From: an uncultured Gammaproteobacteria bacterium
Lineage (GTDB): Bacteria; Patescibacteriota; Microgenomatia; UBA10105; UBA927
Assembly (NCBI GenBank): GCA_964629685.1
Contig: CAZVTT010000001.1
Span: 769,319 to 833,318 of the forward strand
Reading direction: 5' to 3'
Length of the DNA: 64,000 bases
The translations under genes and the position numbers were made by a program. Shown here piece after piece: positions 19,767 through 28,947 of the stretch (positions are counted from its first letter, which is position 1; each line of letters starts with the position of its first letter). The notes below the pieces were generated by a model. That model was not told the DNA's origin. It saw only the letters and a program-made list of their open reading frames with translations, and ran no database searches.

Positions 19767-21394
19767 ACTCACGAAAAATAGGGTTATTCATACTTTTACT
19801 CCTTTCTTTTTTACCCGTAATTTCACTATTACAGCCGGGCTTACCGGTAACGCACGATGCACAGGATCATGTGGTCAGAATTGCAAATTTTTTCCGGTCT
19901 TTTATGGAGGGAAATCTTATACCGCGTTGGGGAGGAGACTTAAATTGGGGATTTGGTCACCCGGTACTCATGTTTCTTTATCCACTCCCTTCGTATGTGG
20001 CGGTTTTTTTCCGGTTGGTAGGACTCAGTTTTGTTGATAGTACCAAAATGGTATTCGGGCTTGCATACGTTGCGAGTATTCTGACGTTCTATGTATGGGC
20101 GAGGCGACAATGGGGGAATGCAGCAGGATTCGCAGGAGCGATTGCTTACGGATTTGCACCGTACAGATTCGTGGATTTGTATGTCCGTGGAGCAATTGGC
20201 GAACATGTGGCTTTTATTTTCCCGCCCTTAATTTTGTTTGGCTTGTGGCTATCCGCACATAAGAAACAGTCTCAGTTTATTCAACTGTTATGTATCTCAG
20301 GGGGAGTTGCAGGTTTAGTGCTATCACACAATGCAGTAAGTCTGATGGTGCTTCCTGTGGTACTTCTCTATTCGTTATATTTGGCGAAGTATCATTCGGA
20401 CAGACCAAAGAGTTTTCTGTTGTGGATATTTGCCGCGCTGTCTGCGGGTATGGCCCTCTCCGCATTTTTCTGGATTCCTGCTTTGCTCGAAGGAAAGTAT
20501 ACCTTGCGGTATATCGTAACCGCAGGAGAAGTTCTCCAGCGATTCGTTCCGTTATCTCAGTTATTCTATTCTCCGTGGAATTATGGTGGCGGAAATGATT
20601 TTTCGAAACAAGTGGGAGTACTGCAATGGTTAAGTATTGTAGGATTGGTAGGAATCGTATGGCGTAACGGCATACGTCGTGAACAAAGCCGGTTGTCGTT
20701 CGGTATTGTTATCGTGTGCCTTTTTTCTATATGGATGACGACAGGCTGGTCCGGTTTCCTCTGGAAACATGTTCCGTTGTTGCAAACGTTTCAGTTCTCC
20801 TGGCGTTTTCTTACTCTGACCGTGTTTGCTACCGCAGCAGCGGTGGCGCAGTGCATATCATTTTTATCGGCACGCGTTAGACGATGGATTGTCCTTCTCT
20901 TTACGTGCATCACACTTATTCTTACGGTAGGCATGTGGCACCCAAAAACGTACAAGGTATATGATCCGCATTTTTTTACGAATATATATCAGGGGACTAC
21001 GGATACCGGTGAAAGTAGTCCTATCTGGTCCGTTCGTTTTATGGAACGAATACCTCCTGCTCCGCTGGAATTAATAGCCGGTGAAGCATCGTTCGTCGCT
21101 TTAGAAAGGTCTTCCACATTTCATGAATACAGAGTAATTGCACGTACAAAGTCACGTTTGGTAGAAAATACGTTATACTTTCCGGGTTGGGTTTTACTGG
21201 TAGACGGGGTAAAAGTCGAACCACAATTCCAGGACCCTGACTACCGCGGACTTATGACATTTTGGTTAGAGACGGGTGAGCATACCGTCCAATTTATGTT
21301 TACGGATACGAAAGTGCGTAAGATAGCAAACACCATAAGTATGATATCCGCGGTAGCAATTCTGGTTTTGTTCGGAAAGCGGTTAGTTTTATGA
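19763..21394 (+). CDS. PTPS-related/YfhO-like GT-C membrane protein
   Basis: THDAQDHVVR, PRWGGDLNWGFGHP, YVRGAIGE, FQFSWR, YFPGW..PQFQDP. Confidence 0.8.
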   Translation: MNSRKIGLFILLLLSFLPVISLLQPGLPVTHDAQDHVVRIANFFRSFMEGNLIPRWGGDLNWGFGHPVLMFLYPLPSYVAVFFRLVGLSFVDSTKMVFGLAYVASILTFYVWARRQWGNAAGFAGAIAYGFAPYRFVDLYVRGAIGEHVAFIFPPLILFGLWLSAHKKQSQFIQLLCISGGVAGLVLSHNAVSLMVLPVVLLYSLYLAKYHSDRPKSFLLWIFAALSAGMALSAFFWIPALLEGKYTLRYIVTAGEVLQRFVPLSQLFYSPWNYGGGNDFSKQVGVLQWLSIVGLVGIVWRNGIRREQSRLSFGIVIVCLFSIWMTTGWSGFLWKHVPLLQTFQFSWRFLTLTVFATAAAVAQCISFLSARVRRWIVLLFTCITLILTVGMWHPKTYKVYDPHFFTNIYQGTTDTGESSPIWSVRFMERIPPAPLELIAGEASFVALERSSTFHEYRVIARTKSRLVENTLYFPGWVLLVDGVKVEPQFQDPDYRGLMTFWLETGEHTVQFMFTDTKVRKIANTISMISAVAILVLFGKRLVL

Positions 21395-22158
21395 AAAGAC
21401 TTACGGTTGCGTTGGCAATATATAACGAAGCTGCACAAATACAGGCGTGCTTGGAAGCCGTTAAGGGATGGGCGGATGAAATTGTTATCGTTGATGGCGG
21501 ATCGTCAGACGAAACAATAGAGCTCCTTAAGCCGTTCGGCGTGCGTCTGATAGTTACCGATAATCCGGCAATATTTCATATAAACAAGCAGAAAGCATTG
21601 GATGCATCAACGGGGCAGTGGATACTTCAGTTGGATGCAGATGAAATAGTAACGCCCCAGCTAAAGCGTGAAATAGATGGAATTCTGGATAATCCAAATA
21701 CGAAGCATGCCGGATATTATGTACCGCGGAGAAACTATTTTAGCGGGCATTGGCTACGGAAGGGCGGGCTGTATCCTGATTACGTTATCCGGTTGCTACG
21801 CCGTGGAAAGGGACATTTTCCCTGTAAATCGGTGCATGAACAGATAGATATCGAGGGTACGGTCGGATATCTTACCGAACCATTGCTTCATCACACATAT
21901 CATTCCGTTGCGGAATACTGGCGTAAAGCCGATACGTATACATCATTAACTGCAAAAGAGTATGGGGTAAAAAAACTGCCAAAATCCGCGGGAACGATAC
22001 TTAAATATGGGATAATTCATCCTTGTACTACTTTTATTGCACGATATATCAGACACAAAGGAATTTTAGACGGATACTATGGTTTTTTATTTTCATTGTT
22101 TTCATCACTACATGAGCCGATTGCATTATATAAATATTTTTCAGGTCATACCGTATGA
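21391..22158 (+). CDS. GT2 glycosyltransferase, beta-1,4-glucosyltransferase (KdtX/WaaE/LgtF)-like
   Basis: YNE, VDGGSSD, WILQLDADE, YPDYVIRL, VHE, GILDG motifs. Confidence 0.88.
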   Translation: MKRLTVALAIYNEAAQIQACLEAVKGWADEIVIVDGGSSDETIELLKPFGVRLIVTDNPAIFHINKQKALDASTGQWILQLDADEIVTPQLKREIDGILDNPNTKHAGYYVPRRNYFSGHWLRKGGLYPDYVIRLLRRGKGHFPCKSVHEQIDIEGTVGYLTEPLLHHTYHSVAEYWRKADTYTSLTAKEYGVKKLPKSAGTILKYGIIHPCTTFIARYIRHKGILDGYYGFLFSLFSSLHEPIALYKYFSGHTV

Positions 22159-23222
22159 ACATAGCTATTGATATTACACCGCTCGAAAATGATCACAAAG
22201 ACAGAGGTGTAGGATCCTATACACGCCTGATAAAGGAAGCTCTGCAATCTGCGGACACGAACCACAAATTTCTTTGGTTCAGAAGAGGGCAATCAGTTCC
22301 GTCAGCGGCAGATATTGTGCATTATCCGTATTTTGATCCGTTTTTTTTAACTTTACCCTGGCGAAAACGCATACCCACAGTGGTAACCGTACACGATCTT
22401 ATCCCGATTGCGTATGCAGAACATTTTCCTCCGGGATTTAGAGGAAAATGTAAATGGCAGTTGCAGAAAATGGCCTTAAACGGTGTGGATATGGTTATTA
22501 CCGATTCGGAGGCTTCGCGAAAAGATATTTCCAGATATACGGCAATACCGCGCGAGCAGATTTCCGTAGTCTATTTGGCGCCATCGGCTGTTTTCAGACC
22601 CATAAAAAATGAAGCGGTATTGCGGGATATACAAAAGCGGTTACATTTGCCCGAACGGTTTATCTTATATGTAGGAGATATAAATTGGAATAAGAATATA
22701 CCTGGGGTATTACAATCATTCGCAGAATATAAAAATATGGAACAAGATGATACGCATAAGCCAAAAATTCCGGTACGCTTGGTTTTGGCGGGTAAAGCAT
22801 TCAATAATGAGCAGTTAGCCGAAGTGCAACATATTCATAAATGTATCCGAAAATTCGGAATTGAAGAAGATGTACTTTTTACCGGAAAAGTAAGCGAAAT
22901 GGATCTGGTAGGTTTGTATTCTTTAGCAACCTGCTATATCCAATTGTCTTTTGCTGAAGGATTTGGCTTGCCGGTATTAGAAGCTTTTGCCTGCGGGTGC
23001 CCGGTGGTGGTTTCCCGTACTTCAAGTTTACCGGAAATAGCCGGGCCGGCGTTGCAGGTTGATCCGTACTCGCCCCATGATGCAGCTTTAGCTCTTCGTC
23101 GGATTATACGTGATGAGGGAGTACGTGTTGGTAAGAGCGGTAGAGAATGGGCAGCAACATTTACCTGGGAGAGGGTAGCTAAAGAAACGCTTCACGTATA
23201 CGAGCAAGTAGGGCATAATTAG
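22155..23222 (+). CDS. GT4 glycosyltransferase, MtfB/WbdB mannosyltransferase-like
   Basis: RGVGSY, TVHDLIP, KNIPG, EGFGLPVLEAFACGCPV. Confidence 0.9.
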   Translation: MNIAIDITPLENDHKDRGVGSYTRLIKEALQSADTNHKFLWFRRGQSVPSAADIVHYPYFDPFFLTLPWRKRIPTVVTVHDLIPIAYAEHFPPGFRGKCKWQLQKMALNGVDMVITDSEASRKDISRYTAIPREQISVVYLAPSAVFRPIKNEAVLRDIQKRLHLPERFILYVGDINWNKNIPGVLQSFAEYKNMEQDDTHKPKIPVRLVLAGKAFNNEQLAEVQHIHKCIRKFGIEEDVLFTGKVSEMDLVGLYSLATCYIQLSFAEGFGLPVLEAFACGCPVVVSRTSSLPEIAGPALQVDPYSPHDAALALRRIIRDEGVRVGKSGREWAATFTWERVAKETLHVYEQVGHN

Positions 23223-23226
23223 GCAT

Positions 23227-23913
23227 ATGAAAACAGTTAGCATTATTGTTCCGGTGTATAACGAAGAAAAGACCATAGACGAGGTTTTATCGGCAGTTAT
23301 ATCCCAGGAGATACCCGGTTGGAAAAAAGAAATAATCGTCGTCGATGACGGGTCGAAAGATGCTACCAGAGAGAAGTTAAAAGCCTGGCAAAAGAAATGT
23401 GCCATTATTCTGAAGCCTAAAAACGAAGGAAAAGGTTCAGCCGTCGTTGAAGGTTTTTCCAAAGCGACAAGTGAAATAGTAATTATTCAGGATGCAGATC
23501 AGGAGTATAGCCCGACGGATTATCCGGTACTATTAAAACCGTTTGAAAATCAGAAAGTAAGTGTTGTATACGGTTCGCGGTTTCTCGGCCCGCATCTTTC
23601 AACTATGTTTGTATACGCGCAGGGAAATAAATTTGTAACATTAATGACGAATATTCTTTTCAATACGAACTTAACAGATATGGAAACAGGATTTAAAGTT
23701 TTCAGAAGAGGTGTACTCGACGGTGTGATTATCAGGGCAAAACGATTTGACTTTGAACCTGAGTTTACGGTTAAGGTATTGAAGCGTGGATATCAGATTT
23801 ATGAAGTTCCGATATCGTATTACGGACGAACTTTTATGGAAGGGAAAAAATTAACATGGAAAGATGGAGTAGCCGCCCTTTGGACATTGGTTAAATACCG
23901 TTTCACTGATTGA
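23227..23913 (+). CDS. GT2, polyprenyl-phosphate sugar synthase (DPM1/Ppm1/ArnC-like)
   Basis: PVYNE, VDDGSKD, NEGKG, IQDAD, VVYGSRF, TDMETGFK, FEPE, EGKK. Confidence 0.88.
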   Translation: MKTVSIIVPVYNEEKTIDEVLSAVISQEIPGWKKEIIVVDDGSKDATREKLKAWQKKCAIILKPKNEGKGSAVVEGFSKATSEIVIIQDADQEYSPTDYPVLLKPFENQKVSVVYGSRFLGPHLSTMFVYAQGNKFVTLMTNILFNTNLTDMETGFKVFRRGVLDGVIIRAKRFDFEPEFTVKVLKRGYQIYEVPISYYGRTFMEGKKLTWKDGVAALWTLVKYRFTD

Positions 23914-25166
23914 TGAAGAAAATTCAATTATTTTTTTTCTCATTGTTCACCAACCCCATTGCCCGTAATAGTTTCATTATGATGGCAGGGAATATGATCG
24001 CAAATATATCTGCGTATTTGTATCATGTTGTGGTGGGACGTATACTTGGTCCCGATAAATACGGCGAATTAAGCGCGTTACTCTCGTTATTTTATATTCT
24101 GAATGTACCTGCGGCCGTACTGCAGACGGTTTTTACGAAATATTTCGCCGTATACAAAGCCCGAAAAGAGTTTGGAAAAGCTAAACATTTACTCTTCACA
24201 TCCATCAGGATTACCGCAGTAATAGGTGCTGTCGGAGTAGGCGTAGCCGTTCTCGTCTCTCCGTCCGTAGCATCCTTCCTGCATATAGAGGAACAATATG
24301 CATTTATTCTGCTTTATATTAATTTAGTCACCTCCATTTTCGGAACACTTATAGGTGGGGCGCTGCAGGGATTGCAGTTATTTACGGGTTCTGTTATCGC
24401 GGTAAACGTAAATATGGCCATGAGGTTAGGATTAGGATATTGGTGGTCCAGCGCAGGTGTTATGTGGGCGCTGGCAGGAAGCGTCGTTGCAACGGTTGCC
24501 GGTTGCCTGATAGCTTTGTACCCGTTACGCTTTTTGTTAAAACAACAGCGTCAGAAGGTTACATTATCCGGGCGGGAAATTGCCGGTTATGCAGTACCGA
24601 CGTTTTTGGCTACATTAGGAATTACGACAATATTCAGTGTCGATGTAGTACTTGTGAAGCATTTCTTTCCGCCTTCAGTTGCCGGAATTTATTCTTCACT
24701 TTCCGTTCTGGGGAAAATAGTTTTTTTTGCTACATCTTCAATTGGCCAGGTACTATTTCCGGTAGTTGCAGAACGGAAGGAATTAAATCAATCCCATGAC
24801 AAGGTTGTATATGTGGCACTGTTATGTATTGCCGGAGTTTCCTTTGCCATTTGTGCTGTTTACGCCCTGTTTCCTTCATTAGTGGTTCATGTACTATTTG
24901 GAAAAGCCTTTGAAGGTGCGACGGAATACCTAGGGTGGTTTGGAGTATTTATATCGTTTTTTACTATCGCAAACACAATTACGACCATTTGTTTGGCGGC
25001 AGGAAAGTTGAAGGTTTGGATTTTCCCTTTAGCGGCATTAAGTCTGGAAGTTTTGGGAATTACCCTATTCCATGACACGATCTTATCCGTAATTTGGGTA
25101 AACACGGGGATTACCCTACTGCTTTGTTGTACTCTTTTGCTATACTACCGCTATGCCAAAGCGTAA
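23913..25166 (+). CDS. wzx: Wzx/MOP-family oligosaccharide flippase
   Basis: About 12 TM segments, GRILGPDKYG, DVVLVKHFF..AGIYS..GKIVFF; TGATG overlap with the upstream stop. Confidence 0.8.
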   Translation: MKKIQLFFFSLFTNPIARNSFIMMAGNMIANISAYLYHVVVGRILGPDKYGELSALLSLFYILNVPAAVLQTVFTKYFAVYKARKEFGKAKHLLFTSIRITAVIGAVGVGVAVLVSPSVASFLHIEEQYAFILLYINLVTSIFGTLIGGALQGLQLFTGSVIAVNVNMAMRLGLGYWWSSAGVMWALAGSVVATVAGCLIALYPLRFLLKQQRQKVTLSGREIAGYAVPTFLATLGITTIFSVDVVLVKHFFPPSVAGIYSSLSVLGKIVFFATSSIGQVLFPVVAERKELNQSHDKVVYVALLCIAGVSFAICAVYALFPSLVVHVLFGKAFEGATEYLGWFGVFISFFTIANTITTICLAAGKLKVWIFPLAALSLEVLGITLFHDTILSVIWVNTGITLLLCCTLLLYYRYAKA

Positions 25167-25962
25167 TCCACCGTTACTTTCGCTCATTATTCCTGTATAC
25201 AAACAAGAAAAAACAATAGCAAAAAACCTTCGTTCCATACTGGGAGAGCTAGAGCTACTTTCCGCTGCGTATAAATGCGAAGTGGTCGTTGTGGTCGATG
25301 GTATGTTGGATAAAAGTTATGAAGAAGCCAGAAGGGTTACTTCTCCGCGTCTTCGGGTGTACGGGTATCGTACGAATCGCGGGAAAGGATATGCCGTCAG
25401 GTATGGTATGGCCAAATCCCATGGCACGATTATCGGATTTTTGGATAGCGGAGGAGATATCAGCGAAACGAGTCTCTCCATGATGCTGGAACATTTCCGA
25501 TGGTATAACGCGGATATTATTATTGGAAGCAAACGGCATCCCGTTTCAAAAGTCCGGTATCCGTGGTATCGCACTATTATGTCTTTTTGGTATCAACAGC
25601 TGGTACGGGTATTATTCGGACTTAATATTCGGGATTCTCAGGTTGGTATGAAATTATATCGCCGTACGGTTCTTGAAGACGTATTACCCAGACTAGTCGT
25701 TAAACACTTTGCGTTTGATATAGAAATATTAGCGATTGCAAATTCACTTGGATATACCCGCATATACGAGGCTCCAATTGAACTTGATTTCACCGGAGTA
25801 TCCAGTATTACGTCCATGAATTTTTGGAGAGTGATTTCCCGGACATTAATGGATACATTGGCAGTTTTTTATCGACTACGGATACAACGGTACTACGAAC
25901 CTAAGAATCGAAGTCTATGGCAGTTTGATCCGGAGGTTAATTTTGATGCACCAAATACGTAA
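25153..25962 (+). CDS. GT2, dolichyl/polyprenyl-phosphate glucosyltransferase (Alg5)-like
   Basis: NRGKGYAVRYG, IIGSKRHP, RDSQVGMK, FAFDIEIL; the DxD position reads DSG. Confidence 0.82.
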   Translation: MPKRNPPLLSLIIPVYKQEKTIAKNLRSILGELELLSAAYKCEVVVVVDGMLDKSYEEARRVTSPRLRVYGYRTNRGKGYAVRYGMAKSHGTIIGFLDSGGDISETSLSMMLEHFRWYNADIIIGSKRHPVSKVRYPWYRTIMSFWYQQLVRVLFGLNIRDSQVGMKLYRRTVLEDVLPRLVVKHFAFDIEILAIANSLGYTRIYEAPIELDFTGVSSITSMNFWRVISRTLMDTLAVFYRLRIQRYYEPKNRSLWQFDPEVNFDAPNT

Positions 25963-25967
25963 CTGGT

Positions 25968-26975
25968 ATGAAACATCCGCACGTCTCAATTATTATTCCT
26001 CTCCGGCGAATCAATTCGTATCTGCATGAAAATATTACTGCCTGTTTAGATAGCTCTTACACTGATTTTGAAATAATAGTATTAATCGATGTAGATACAG
26101 ATCAGACGTTTCCGAAAACCAGAATATACGTGACGGATAAACTGGGGCCTGCCCAAAAAAGAGACTTAGGCGTACAAAAAGCCAAAGGAGAAATCCTGTG
26201 CTTTTTAGATGATGATGCCTATCCAAGCAGGCATTGGCTTAAACATGTAATTACCCATTTTCGGGATACAACGGTGGCAGGTGTGGGCGGTCCGGGTGTA
26301 ACGCCGCCTCAGGTAACCTGGCAGGAAGCTGCATCCGGTTGGGCCTCAGCATCTCCGGCAGGATCGGGTGGGTTTATTTATCGTTTTTTGCCCGTGGGAA
26401 CTGTTAAGAACGTAGACGATTATCCTTCAATGAATTTAGCCGTACGGAAAACGGATTTTACTGCGGTGGGTGGATTCGATAGTTCTTACTGGCCCGGTGA
26501 GGATACTAAGCTCTGTCACGATTTGACGCATAAATTAGGTAAAAGAATAGTCTATGATCCGCAGGCGTTGGTTTACCATCACCGCCGGCCACTTTGGCTT
26601 CCGCATCTTAAGCAACAAGGAAATTTCGGTTTACATCGCGGTTATTTTGCCAGAGTGCTACCTAAAACGTCGGCCAGGATTATCTATTTTATTCCGACAT
26701 TATTAGTCCTTACTACTGTCGGAATGATTTTTCTATGGTCCATATACTGGTTTTCAGGACCGATCTCCTCAGTCTTTGAATCGATTCGGCTTATATGTAC
26801 CGTTGCATTTTTTGGGTATATTGGTATAGTAGGATGTAATGCGCTATGGGTACTGAAACAGTCCCGCGCACCTACCCAGGGTCTAATTTCCATCCCGGCA
26901 ATAATTCTTACTCATTTCTGGTATGGGATACGGTTTATCCAAGGATTTCTTTTTACCAAGCGATTAACAATATGA
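25968..26975 (+). CDS. GT2 glycosyltransferase with C-terminal TM helices
   Basis: GPAQKRD, FLDDDAYP, GGFD..WPGEDT, VYHHRR. Confidence 0.88.
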   Translation: MKHPHVSIIIPLRRINSYLHENITACLDSSYTDFEIIVLIDVDTDQTFPKTRIYVTDKLGPAQKRDLGVQKAKGEILCFLDDDAYPSRHWLKHVITHFRDTTVAGVGGPGVTPPQVTWQEAASGWASASPAGSGGFIYRFLPVGTVKNVDDYPSMNLAVRKTDFTAVGGFDSSYWPGEDTKLCHDLTHKLGKRIVYDPQALVYHHRRPLWLPHLKQQGNFGLHRGYFARVLPKTSARIIYFIPTLLVLTTVGMIFLWSIYWFSGPISSVFESIRLICTVAFFGYIGIVGCNALWVLKQSRAPTQGLISIPAIILTHFWYGIRFIQGFLFTKRLTI

Positions 26976-27241
26976 AGGACGATGTAGTTACGACAGAACA
27001 AAGTTCCAGCGGCAAACGGGCCGACGGAATGACCGTAACTGTAGATTTAAACAAGTGTATCGGTGCAGGACCGTGTGCTATTGAAGCCGGGAATGTATTT
27101 GTAATTCGCGACGAAGACGGTAAGGCAATAATCGGAGATCCTGACGGGGATTCGCCGGCAGCCATTCTGTCCGCTGCAAAAAGTTGTCCGGTAAAGGCTA
27201 TACTTATAAAGGATACAAAAGGGAAACAGCAATTTCCCTGA
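26972..27241 (+). CDS. single-cluster ferredoxin, probably [3Fe-4S]
   Basis: VDLNKCIGAGPCA...AAKSCPVKAI (CxxAxxC...CP); ATGA overlap supports a start at 26972. Confidence 0.88.
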   Translation: MKDDVVTTEQSSSGKRADGMTVTVDLNKCIGAGPCAIEAGNVFVIRDEDGKAIIGDPDGDSPAAILSAAKSCPVKAILIKDTKGKQQFP

Positions 27242-27249
27242 GGCTAACG

Positions 27250-27278
27250 TTGACAATCATTGTAAGATAATAAACAAT
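27250..27278 (+). promoter_or_regulatory. sigma70-type promoter, possibly leaderless, for the radical SAM gene
   Basis: TTGACA (27250-55), 17 nt spacer, AACAAT (27273-78), 6 nt, ATG 27285. Confidence 0.45.
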
Positions 27279-27284
27279 CTAAAT

Positions 27285-28898
27285 ATGGCAAAGCGAAACG
27301 TAACGGTCAAACATAAAGCAGTAAAACGGGTAAGGGCAGATCGGCCACTTCGATTAGTGGTCGGATATCCTCCTATTCCTTCAGCTAAAGGCGTTGCATT
27401 ACTTTCACAAAATAGACAATTTCAATACTTTAATGCTAAAACCTACATTTATCCCATGGTGCCGGCTTACGCGGCTTCCAACGCGCAGGCACACGGATAT
27501 GAAGTGCGCTGGATGGACGGTATTGCTGCTGAACAAACATATGAGCAATGGTTGGCAGAACTGCGTGAGTTTAACCCGGATGTATTGTTGGTCGAAACAA
27601 AATCTCCCATTATTAAGCGCCATTGGGAGCTTATTAAGAGGTTAAAAAAAGAGATGCCCGAGTTGATTCTGGTTTGGGTCGGTGATCAAATTTCTTTTAT
27701 GCCGGCCGAGACACTAGACCATAGTCCGGTTGATCTACTTATAACCGGCGGCGACTATGATTTCGTAATCGTAAATATTTTGGATCATCTCTCCAAAGGA
27801 ACTCCCTTGGAAGGTGGAGTGTGGTGGAGGGTCGGTGATAAGCGTATCAATCAGAAACCGGCACAAGTAGTAACCGGGGTTAAGAAACAAAAATACGCTA
27901 ACTCCGGGCCGGCCAGTTTAGCTCACGATCTGAATTCTTTACCGTTTGTGGATCGGACCTTAACGCATTGGGAATATTATGCGTATTACAACGGCAACTA
28001 CAAGTATACGCCGGCTACATACATGTATTCTGGCAGGGATTGCTGGTGGAACAGGTGTACGTTTTGCGTCTGGGATCACACGATTAATCCTGTAGGATCA
28101 TACCGTAGGTTTACGCCGCAACGTCTTTTTGAAGAGGTAAAGCATGTTGTAGATACATACGGGGTTCGGGAAATATTTGATGACGCCGGAACCTTTATGA
28201 TCGGTAAGCCGCTTATGGATTTTTGTCAGTTGATGATCGATAGTGGGTACAACAAAAAGGTTGTATACGGATGCAATATGCGCCTGAACGCCCTCAAACA
28301 GGAGCATTACGATAAAATGGGTGAAGCGAATTTCCGGTTCATTCTTTACGGAATGGAGTCGGCAAATCAATATACCCTGGATAAACTCGATAAAGGATTA
28401 AAACCGGAGCAAATTATGGAAGGCGTCCGGATGGCAAAAAAGGCAGGTCTGGATCCTCATTTAACCATTATGATGGGATATCCTTGGGAAACATATGAAG
28501 ATGCCAAAAACACTGTTCAATTAGCCAAAGATTGCTTTACGAAGGGATACGTAGATACTTTGCAGGGAACTGTTGTCATACCATATCCCGGGACACCTTT
28601 GTGGAAAGAATGTAGGGAAAAGGGGTGGTTATTAAGTGAGGATTACGATGACTATGACATGCGCCGACCGGTAATGAAGTCTCCGCTTACGGATCAACAA
28701 ATATTGGAACTTACTCAGGAATTGTATAAAGTGTTTCTTACACCGCAGTATATTACCAGGCGTTTGTTAGAAATCAGGACATTGGATGATATAAAATTTT
28801 TGGCAATGGCTGGATGGCGGTTTTTGGGACATTTAGCGGATTTTTCGCCAAAGCAACTTGCCAAACGATTAGAATCTACTGCTCCGGTAACTACCTGA
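27285..28898 (+). CDS. cobalamin-binding-domain radical SAM enzyme (class B / HpnJ-like)
   Basis: N-terminal B12-binding-like domain, GRDCWWNRCTFC cluster motif, EIFDDAGTF, YGMESANQ, MMGYPWET, PYPGTPL. Confidence 0.88.
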   Translation: MAKRNVTVKHKAVKRVRADRPLRLVVGYPPIPSAKGVALLSQNRQFQYFNAKTYIYPMVPAYAASNAQAHGYEVRWMDGIAAEQTYEQWLAELREFNPDVLLVETKSPIIKRHWELIKRLKKEMPELILVWVGDQISFMPAETLDHSPVDLLITGGDYDFVIVNILDHLSKGTPLEGGVWWRVGDKRINQKPAQVVTGVKKQKYANSGPASLAHDLNSLPFVDRTLTHWEYYAYYNGNYKYTPATYMYSGRDCWWNRCTFCVWDHTINPVGSYRRFTPQRLFEEVKHVVDTYGVREIFDDAGTFMIGKPLMDFCQLMIDSGYNKKVVYGCNMRLNALKQEHYDKMGEANFRFILYGMESANQYTLDKLDKGLKPEQIMEGVRMAKKAGLDPHLTIMMGYPWETYEDAKNTVQLAKDCFTKGYVDTLQGTVVIPYPGTPLWKECREKGWLLSEDYDDYDMRRPVMKSPLTDQQILELTQELYKVFLTPQYITRRLLEIRTLDDIKFLAMAGWRFLGHLADFSPKQLAKRLESTAPVTT

Positions 28899-28913
28899 TT
28901 CTTTAAATGCAGG

Positions 28914-28941
28914 GTGACACTACCGTTTAATCCTATATAAT
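28914..28941 (+). promoter_or_regulatory. sigma70-type promoter, likely leaderless
   Basis: GTGACA (28914-19), 16 nt spacer, TATAAT (28936-41), 6 nt, ATG 28948; no SD. Confidence 0.55.
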
Positions 28942-28947
28942 CTCTTC

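Noticed and set aside
4625-21394. Pterin biosynthesis role for the three PTPS-related proteins
   Set aside because: The family name is historical; these are multi-TM GT-C-like proteins with no T-fold PTPS motifs
26846-26971. Extended N-termini given by the ORF track (e.g. 26846, 30385, 38655, 45692, 53904, 57637)
   Set aside because: Downstream ATGs that overlap or abut upstream stops and match family N-termini are more plausible starts
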